From NCBI GenBank assembly GCA_013375475.1, contig JABXKD010000088.1:1-13669 (forward strand): DNA of 13,669 nt. Direction: 5' to 3'. This DNA comes from Promethearchaeota archaeon. GTDB taxonomy: Archaea > Asgardarchaeota > Lokiarchaeia > Sigyniarchaeales > SOKP01. Each line of letters opens with the position of its first letter. The first letter of the stretch is position 1. Made by a program: the position numbers and the translations under genes. The notes beneath the pieces were generated by a model. It was not told the DNA's origin and searched no databases. It worked only from the letters and a program-made list of their open reading frames with translations. Positions 7,549 through 13,669 of this stretch are shown piece by piece.

Positions 7549-8283
7549 ATGAGTGAACTTCAAACTATAAAATGCTATTTAAATCAGTTACCTGCAACTA
7601 TTATTCAACTTTTAGGGCTTGAAACTCCTACTGGAAACATTCCAGAGCCAGTCCAATCGGTTGTCGATATGTATCAAGGTATTGAGAGAATTTCTGTGAA
7701 CGCGATAGATAATTTTGGTTTATTTGAACTCACTTATCATAAACCTCAATTCATGATTACTAATTCTCAAGCAATGTTACTCCTTTCAACTAAAAATCCT
7801 TATACTCTGGGAGTTTTACATCAAATTATGTATGGAGGATTCGACTTTGAACCGAATGGTTTTCATCTGTTAAGATTTTTGAATGAACACGGCAAAAAAT
7901 CATGTTTTGTAGGGAGAAAAAAAGATATAGATAGATACGACGGAGGAACTCATTCAATCCCAAAAGAAACGGATATGGCTACATGGGTGGAATCTGCGAA
8001 GGTAATTAACAATTTTGAGCTTTCTTGGATGCATTATTTGGATTTTGAAAATTTACACAAACAACAACAGGCACTTAAACAGAGAACACCCGAGGATTTA
8101 ATTGAGAAGTTAATTTTACGTACTGATAAATGGATTTTAGGTAATTACAAACAACTTAGAAATAATTCTTTGATGATAATATTAGGAGATCACGGAAGAG
8201 TGAAGTTAAACTTAGAATATTCTGGTAAGATAGCCCAGTGGAGGGAAGCAAGCGTACCAATCGCTATTTTAATAAAAAAATAA
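7549..8283 (+). CDS. Alkaline phosphatase/phosphodiesterase superfamily protein with degenerate metal site
   Basis: NQLPATIIQLLG, VNAIDNFG (first metal Asp), STKNPYT (nucleophile-position Thr), MIILGDHG and C-terminal EASVP match the AlkP/NPP core in order. Confidence 0.7.
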   Translation: MSELQTIKCYLNQLPATIIQLLGLETPTGNIPEPVQSVVDMYQGIERISVNAIDNFGLFELTYHKPQFMITNSQAMLLLSTKNPYTLGVLHQIMYGGFDFEPNGFHLLRFLNEHGKKSCFVGRKKDIDRYDGGTHSIPKETDMATWVESAKVINNFELSWMHYLDFENLHKQQQALKQRTPEDLIEKLILRTDKWILGNYKQLRNNSLMIILGDHGRVKLNLEYSGKIAQWREASVPIAILIKK

Positions 8284-8321
8284 TTTTTGTAATTTTTTTT
8301 AAGAAATTTAAGATGTAAAAG

Positions 8322-8864
8322 ATGGAGGAATATAAACGCTTTACAGTGTCTCTTCCTAAAGATTTATACGAAAAATTTGAGGCATTTAGGAACAGAATTG
8401 GTATTTCAAGATCAGATAGCATAAGAAAAGCAATGTATTCGTTAATGGTTAGTGAAGAAAACCTCCCTTTTGCTTCAGGAAATGTTGTAGGCTGTATACC
8501 TATTATTATTATGCATGAACATTTTACTGGAAAACAAGAAAAGGAAGTCTCACATGAACACTCACAGAATATCAATCATGACGATGAACATCATACCCAT
8601 GAATACGATTCCGGATCTATATATGCTTCAGTCCAGCAAACGGACGAGATCAGAAAAAATGATATTCAACACCACTTTTACGATGTAATTACATCAACTA
8701 TGCATGTCCATCTAGAATTTGAAAAATGCTTGGAAATCATTGCTGTTTCAGGACCGTATAACCGAGTTAAAAAGCTTAAAGAAGGTTTACAAAAGCTAAA
8801 AAGTATCATTTCGATTGATTTATTTATAATAGATAAGGAATTTACATCGCAACCTGACGAGTAA
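8322..8864 (+). CDS. nikR: Nickel-responsive regulator NikR (ribbon-helix-helix + ACT) with His-rich insertion
   Basis: N-terminal RHH KRFTVSLP...SRSDSIRKA. The C-terminal DIQH...STMHVHL...CLEIIAVSG supplies the H/HxH/C nickel ligand set (H117, H128, H130, C136). Confidence 0.88.
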   Translation: MEEYKRFTVSLPKDLYEKFEAFRNRIGISRSDSIRKAMYSLMVSEENLPFASGNVVGCIPIIIMHEHFTGKQEKEVSHEHSQNINHDDEHHTHEYDSGSIYASVQQTDEIRKNDIQHHFYDVITSTMHVHLEFEKCLEIIAVSGPYNRVKKLKEGLQKLKSIISIDLFIIDKEFTSQPDE

Positions 8865-9140
8865 TTCGAAATTCTGAATTAAATATTAAAAGGAAGAGAA
8901 AAGAATAAAAAATTTCTTTCAACGATGTAAAAAATAAGGATAAGGCGATTTATGAAGAATTTTTTATTCTATTAGGTCGTGTAAATTGTGTGTGTTAGAT
9001 ATATTGAACTTCTTCTAAATTAAAAAGAGATATACAGTGATAAATTATTAATTTTCTTGCTCTAAAAAAAAATAAGATAAAAATTATTAAAATAAACTGT
9101 TATTATTTTTATGTAAAATTCACAAACTAAGAGTTTAACT

Positions 9141-9341
9141 CTAAAGATCTTTCTCTTGAACAGTCTTCCGTCCATTTGCTTTAGCACGTCCGATTGCGGC
9201 ATCGAGAATAGCTACAATTGCGCTATTAAGCGCAGGGCCATCAATTACATCACCACTAGTATTGCAACCTTTTGATTTGATGTAGTCTCGAACCTTGGAT
9301 TTTACAAATAAAACATCAGTTGTTGCTGCTTTTTTAGCCAT
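9141..9341 (-). CDS. Histone-fold protein, short-alpha2 type (face-to-face / bacterial-like histone, DUF1931-related)
   Basis: 66 aa, basic. Contains LFVKSKVRDYIK (alpha1), NTSGD loop, a short alpha2, and RAKANGRKTVQEKDL (RKTVxxxD histone signature). The RBS is strong. Confidence 0.9.
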   Translation of the reverse strand: MAKKAATTDVLFVKSKVRDYIKSKGCNTSGDVIDGPALNSAIVAILDAAIGRAKANGRKTVQEKDL

Positions 9342-9349
9342 TTTTTATT

Positions 9350-9356
9350 CCTCCTT
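9350..9356 (-). promoter_or_regulatory. Shine-Dalgarno site of the histone gene
   Basis: AAGGAGG followed by 8 nt and ATG 9341 on the minus strand. Confidence 0.75.
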
Positions 9357-9414
9357 TTATTGTTTAAATAAGTTTTAAAAAAATTGTTGTTTAAAGTATA
9401 TTACTGCTAGCTTC

Positions 9415-9431
9415 TATTTAAATCTAGTTGA
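9415..9431 (-). promoter_or_regulatory. Putative TATA box of the histone gene
   Basis: The minus strand reads CAACTAGATTTAAATAG, with TTTAAATA about 75 nt upstream of the ATG. Confidence 0.4.
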
Positions 9432-9754
9432 AAAAACATCATAGAAGGTTAATATTATGGGTCTACTCACCGTCTAAAAAAGAAAATCTAAACTCCACAA
9501 CATTGATGGTCAAATGGTTATCTTTAGAATTTGGCTAGAACGGAGTCAAACAAAGAAATTCAGAAATTACTTTTAAGAGAGGCCCTCTACTTTGAGTTTT
9601 ATATGATTTTTAAACCTTCTAAACTCAAGCAATAAACTTCAGATCTTAATTTAAAAATTTTGAGTATTTAGGAATTTTTGAGATTTAAAAAATGAAAGTT
9701 TTAACAGTAAGGAACTACAAATCATAATTAAAAAAAAAATTAAAAAACCTTGAT

Positions 9755-10756
9755 ATGAGAGCGCTTAAGGAAATTGTAGCAAGAGCACCAGTGAGAATCT
9801 GTGATATCGGAGGATGGACTGATACTTGGTATTATCCTGAAGGTGCTGTGTTCAATTTTTGCATTGATCTCTATAGTTATGTAAGAATCATTGAAAATAG
9901 AAGGAAAACAATTAGGATTATTGCTGAAAATCTAGGAAAAACTGTTGAAATCGTCAATTTTGAAGATATTAGATACAACGGCGATTTAGATTTATTGAAA
10001 GCATCAATCAAAAGAATGAAGATTAAAGGAGGTTTAGATATTTATGTGAGAGCAGATGCACCTCCAGGGAGTGGAACAGGAACGAGTGCGAGCGTTTCAG
10101 TTGCTTTAATATCTGCGTTAGCAACTTACAAGGGATTACAATTAAAACCAAAAGAGATCGCCGCAATCGCACACAATCTTGAAACTGAAGAGTTAAAATT
10201 GGAAAGTGGTGTGCAAGATCAGTACGCAGCATCGTTTGGTGGAATTAATTTTATGGAAGTTAATTACCCTAAAGTAAAAATGGCTAAAATTACGATTGAA
10301 GAGAAAAGAGTATTCGAATTAGAGAGTCAATTTATCTTAGTGTATCTAAATTCAAGAAGCTCAAGTGAAATGCATAAAGCTGTTATAGAAAATTATAAGA
10401 AAGGTGATGTTGATACTCTAAATTCGTTTGATATCATGAAGGAATGCGCTTATAATATGAAAAATGCGATAAACTCAGATATTATAGATATAGGAAGAGT
10501 TATGAATAGAAACTGGGAAGCGCAAAAAAAGCTCCATCCTTTAATGGTTAATCCCTTTATAAATGAAGCAGAGAAAATATCAAAAAATAATGGCGCCATA
10601 GGATTCAAATGTAACGGCGCGGGAGGGGGGGGGACAGTTATAATACTAGCTGGAAGGGGACATGAACTTCAAATTAGAAAGAAGCTACTTGAGAAGGGAT
10701 ATAATATCATACCGTTTAAATTATGTTTTAGTGGAGTATCAAGTTTTACTTTTTAG
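9755..10756 (+). CDS. GHMP-family sugar kinase (HddA / fucokinase-like)
   Basis: RAPVRICDIGGWTD, ATP loop PPGSGTGTSAS, GVQDQYAASFGG and C-terminal GFKCNGAGGGG. Confidence 0.88.
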   Translation: MRALKEIVARAPVRICDIGGWTDTWYYPEGAVFNFCIDLYSYVRIIENRRKTIRIIAENLGKTVEIVNFEDIRYNGDLDLLKASIKRMKIKGGLDIYVRADAPPGSGTGTSASVSVALISALATYKGLQLKPKEIAAIAHNLETEELKLESGVQDQYAASFGGINFMEVNYPKVKMAKITIEEKRVFELESQFILVYLNSRSSSEMHKAVIENYKKGDVDTLNSFDIMKECAYNMKNAINSDIIDIGRVMNRNWEAQKKLHPLMVNPFINEAEKISKNNGAIGFKCNGAGGGGTVIILAGRGHELQIRKKLLEKGYNIIPFKLCFSGVSSFTF

Positions 10757-10872
10757 GTAATTTAAGCTACATTTTTCGATTGAAATATTCTTGAAATTAT
10801 AAGCTACTCATACGCTAATCTGAAAAGAGTGAAAAGTTTGAGCTTTTTATAGTTTGAATTTAACAAAATAAT

Positions 10873-11679
10873 ATGGGAATTCCCGATCATTCCGCATTGG
10901 TCTCAAAGATTAAAAGAACACCTGAGAAATTAAACATACACAATCTCTTCATCTTTAATAAATCAGGAATATGTATTTATGGATTAAATCTTACGAATCT
11001 TTACCCAATTGAGCAGGAACAACTTATATCATCTTATTTCACAGCGCTAATGTCTTTTACTAAAGAACTTATAGGAGATAAAATTAAAACTGTTGAAATG
11101 GGCGGTGGAATAAAACTAGTTGTATTTGAAAAAAGACAATTATATTATAGTCTTCTTTGTAGTACAATCGAAAATCTGGAGCTTTTAGAAGCAATAATCT
11201 CAAAAATTAATTCAAAATTCCTTGAATATGCTAGTAAAAACAAAATCAAAACGGATTTAGAATATGTTTATGACGAACACCTCAATTATCTCATTGAAGA
11301 TATTATTAGGGAACCTTTTTCAAGCGAATTTGACTTAAAAAAAGAAAGAGTGATTACAGAATTCCTAAAAGATTTCCAAAAATCAGCCGATCTCAATGGA
11401 GCTATTCTTCTAACTAATCGAGGTAAAGTAATTTTTTCTTCTTTTAATGATATGGGCTTAAAAAGGTTTCTAAAAGAAGTTGATTTTAGAGTAAAAATTT
11501 CAAATAACTCTATACTTAAGTTATTTTATACTTCGAAAAATAACGAGTTAATTTTTTCTGAAAATATACGTGATATATACATTCTTATTCTAATTTTTGA
11601 CACCAAAATTAGATTTGGAATGGCGGAGTTTTATTTACAGAAAGCAGTTAAGAAAATCACAGATGTCCTCAACAAATAA
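10873..11679 (+). CDS. Longin-like + roadblock/LC7-like two-domain protein (eukaryotic signature protein type)
   Basis: aa ~21-147 follow the Asgard longin pattern (IHNLFIFNKSGICIY...LISSYFTALMSFTKEL...IKTVEM...KINSKFLEY). aa ~160-268 follow a roadblock pattern (helix, LNGAILLTNRGKVIFS, helix, three strands, RFGMAEFYLQKAVKKITDVL). Assigned by pattern recognition only. Confidence 0.72.
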   Translation: MGIPDHSALVSKIKRTPEKLNIHNLFIFNKSGICIYGLNLTNLYPIEQEQLISSYFTALMSFTKELIGDKIKTVEMGGGIKLVVFEKRQLYYSLLCSTIENLELLEAIISKINSKFLEYASKNKIKTDLEYVYDEHLNYLIEDIIREPFSSEFDLKKERVITEFLKDFQKSADLNGAILLTNRGKVIFSSFNDMGLKRFLKEVDFRVKISNNSILKLFYTSKNNELIFSENIRDIYILILIFDTKIRFGMAEFYLQKAVKKITDVLNK

Positions 11680-11828
11680 TCTCAAAAAAAAAAGATTATT
11701 TCTTAATTATTATACTAGTTTCTGGTTCGCGATAAAATTCTGGATTTGACTTTTTTATTTTTTATAAAATGCAACTTAAAATATTTTTTTTCATAATTTT
11801 ACCTAAACCTAAAAATGTGAAATAAATT

Positions 11829-12332
11829 ATGACAAAATCAGAAGATGGATTAAAAGCAGCTTTTGCTGGTGAATCTCAAGCTAATAGAAAATATTTAGCT
11901 TTCGCAAAGAAAGCAGAACAAGAGGGTCTTCCTGGCGTGGCACGCCTTTTCCATGCCGCTGCTGCTGCCGAAACTGTGCATGCACACAATCATTTACGCG
12001 CCTTAGGAGGAATAAAAAGTACAAAAGAAAATCTTAAAGAAGCGATTGAAGGTGAATTTTACGAATTCAGTACTATGTATCCTGAATTTATTGATAATGC
12101 CGAATCTGAAGGAAATACAAACGCAGAAAGAACATTTAACTACGCTAATGATGTGGAAAAAGTGCATCACGAACTCTACAAGAAAGCTTTAGAATTAGTT
12201 GAGAATGGCAAGGATTTAGAAGTTAAGCCTATGTATGTGTGTTCGGTATGTGGATACACACACGAAGGAGAACCTCCAGAGACATGTCCCGTTTGTAAAT
12301 CTCCAAAAAGAGTATTTAACAAAATTGATTAA
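11829..12332 (+). CDS. rbr: Rubrerythrin (di-iron bundle + C-terminal rubredoxin-like domain)
   Basis: AFAGESQANRKY, ETVH, EGEFYE..MYP, EKVH and CSVC...CPVC. Confidence 0.95.
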   Translation: MTKSEDGLKAAFAGESQANRKYLAFAKKAEQEGLPGVARLFHAAAAAETVHAHNHLRALGGIKSTKENLKEAIEGEFYEFSTMYPEFIDNAESEGNTNAERTFNYANDVEKVHHELYKKALELVENGKDLEVKPMYVCSVCGYTHEGEPPETCPVCKSPKRVFNKID

Positions 12333-12333
12333 G

Positions 12334-12345
12334 TTTTTTTTTTTT
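12334..12345 (+). terminator. Oligo-T terminator after rubrerythrin
   Basis: Run of 12 T just after the stop codon. Confidence 0.55.
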
Positions 12346-12354
12346 CTATTTATG

Positions 12355-13668
12355 CTAGAAATTCCATGGTTTATAACCGCCATTCACCATATTGAAGTAC
12401 TCGTTAATCGAGAAATCCAATTCTTTCTCAGCCCTTCTTAACGCTCCCATGTTCGCACCGTTAAGATAGTAAGCTAATAATAACTTAGTTGTGCTTCGAT
12501 CCCCTAAGGATAATAGTGTTTGTAATCTGGCGTTATTTATGATCTTGTTTGGATTTTTAAATTTAAGTTTAATTGAGGAAATCTTACTTAGCTCTTGTGT
12601 TAACTTTGTAAATTTCATTCTGAAGTTATTAATGTTTTCTTTTAAATAGAAAGAACATTGATTCTCATAAGGCGTATTAAGCTTTGGAATAAATGGATTT
12701 ATGTTAACTCTTAGTTCATTCTTCTTAAATCCAATGTTTTCAACTAATCGAAAGAAACTTATTATATCTTCAATATCTTCATCAGTTTCGTGTGGTAAAC
12801 CTATAAGAAAGTAAAATTTTACGTTTTTTATTTTAGAATCTTTTATCAAGTACAAGACATCTAAAATTTTATCATTTGTAATTTTTTTTCCTAAATTAAA
12901 CCTTAAAGATTCATTTCCTGTTTCAGGAGCGATCGTTATTGACTTCACACTACTTCTTTCAAGAAGGTGAATAATTTTGGATGTGATATGTTCAACCCTT
13001 ATGGATGGGATGCTAAGAGATTTACCTGTGTTGAGAATAAACTCACAGATTTCATAGAATTGAGGGTGCGAAGAAACGCATGATCCTATAAGACTAATCT
13101 TCTCGAAATCCGCGCATTCCAACCCTTCTTCAATTGCTTTAATTATCTCGGCGTAGCTCTTGTTTCGAAATGGAGAATTATGAAAAGAAGATATACAAAA
13201 TTTACATTGATAAGGACAGCCTCTATTAACCTCAATTAAAAAATTTTCTTCAAAAACTTGTTTATCTGTTTTATTTTTAGATAATAATTGATACGCAGGT
13301 GTAGGTGACTTATCTAAATCCTTTAAAATTACACGGTTTGTTTCATTATTAAGAATCGGTATATATAATCCTTCAATATTTTTTGCATTATCAAGAAATG
13401 TTTTAAAGTTTTTATTGTGTGATTTATAATCCAAATAAACACTTAAGAAGTCATTTAAATTCGGTTCAGCATCACCAATAAATAATATGTCAAATATGTC
13501 ACTTAGCGGTAAAGGATTAGATGTTATAACAGGTCCACCACCAATTATTAGTGGGTAATCATCTGAGTCAAGAGATGGATCTCCATGCCGTGTTTCGGAT
13601 TCTAAAGGGATTTCCGCTTTTTCTAAAATCCAAAGAATATTCTTAAAATCGTTTTCGTAGTGAGCTGA
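12355..13668 (-). CDS. Radical SAM enzyme with N-terminal B12-binding-like domain (5' end outside window)
   Basis: RGCPYQCKFC (CxxxCxxC), PSIRVE, TIAPETG, YFLIGLPHET and FIPKLNTP. The frame is open upstream of the track's TTG 13434 to the window edge: SAHYENDFKNILWILEKAEIP...PLIIGGGPVITSNPLPLSDIFDILFIGDAE. Confidence 0.92.
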   Translation of the reverse strand, partial: SAHYENDFKNILWILEKAEIPLESETRHGDPSLDSDDYPLIIGGGPVITSNPLPLSDIFDILFIGDAEPNLNDFLSVYLDYKSHNKNFKTFLDNAKNIEGLYIPILNNETNRVILKDLDKSPTPAYQLLSKNKTDKQVFEENFLIEVNRGCPYQCKFCISSFHNSPFRNKSYAEIIKAIEEGLECADFEKISLIGSCVSSHPQFYEICEFILNTGKSLSIPSIRVEHITSKIIHLLERSSVKSITIAPETGNESLRFNLGKKITNDKILDVLYLIKDSKIKNVKFYFLIGLPHETDEDIEDIISFFRLVENIGFKKNELRVNINPFIPKLNTPYENQCSFYLKENINNFRMKFTKLTQELSKISSIKLKFKNPNKIINNARLQTLLSLGDRSTTKLLLAYYLNGANMGALRRAEKELDFSINEYFNMVNGGYKPWNF

Positions 13669-13669
13669 G

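Noticed and set aside
8264-8575. 103-aa Cys-rich minus-strand ORF (MIFCECSCE...)
   Set aside because: Antisense to nikR. The Cys residues arise from reading the His-rich region on the opposite strand.
10023-10232. 69-aa minus-strand ORF
   Set aside because: Antisense within the GHMP kinase.
10757-10872. Short direct repeats (TAAGCTAC twice, TTGAAAT twice) upstream of the longin gene
   Set aside because: Too short and AT-rich to distinguish from chance, with no CRISPR-like periodicity.
4401-12357. Pyrrolysine readthrough of the TAG-terminated genes (larB, histone, kinase, radical SAM)
   Set aside because: Each protein appears complete at the TAG, and where checked another stop follows within a few codons.
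12235-12441. 68-aa plus-strand ORF
   Set aside because: Overlaps both rubrerythrin and the radical SAM gene and runs through the poly-T terminator.
13432-13434. TTG start of the radical SAM ORF given in the track
   Set aside because: The frame is open to the window edge and encodes conserved B12-domain-like motifs (GGP, NPxP, IGDAE), so the real start is outside the window.

Overview
AT-rich, gene-dense archaeal-looking chromosomal segment with TTTA(T/A)A boxes, oligo-T terminators and GGAGG/GGTGAT ribosome-binding sites. The gene content (longin+roadblock protein, short histone, stand-alone TPR protein) points to an Asgard archaeon, probably Lokiarchaeia; this is inference. There are 13 supportable CDSs. 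In order: a HExxH/acidic-linker/VWA protein (absent from the ORF track, runs off the left edge) and its MoxR/CbbQ-type AAA+ partner; larB; a polytopic membrane protein; a TPR protein; larC; a degenerate alkaline-phosphatase-superfamily protein; a NikR with a His-rich insertion; a short-alpha2 histone; an HddA-like GHMP kinase; a longin-roadblock fusion; rubrerythrin; and a B12-domain radical SAM enzyme (runs off the right edge). The most notable items are a possible nickel/nickel-pincer-cofactor neighbourhood (larB, larC, His-insert NikR) lying head-to-head with an atypical AAA+/VWA pair, and that pair's own oddities: Walker B D-to-N, a C-terminal tandem repeat domain, an apparent non-canonical start codon, and in-frame juxtaposition of the two genes. 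No rRNA, tRNA, CRISPR or mobile element was seen.
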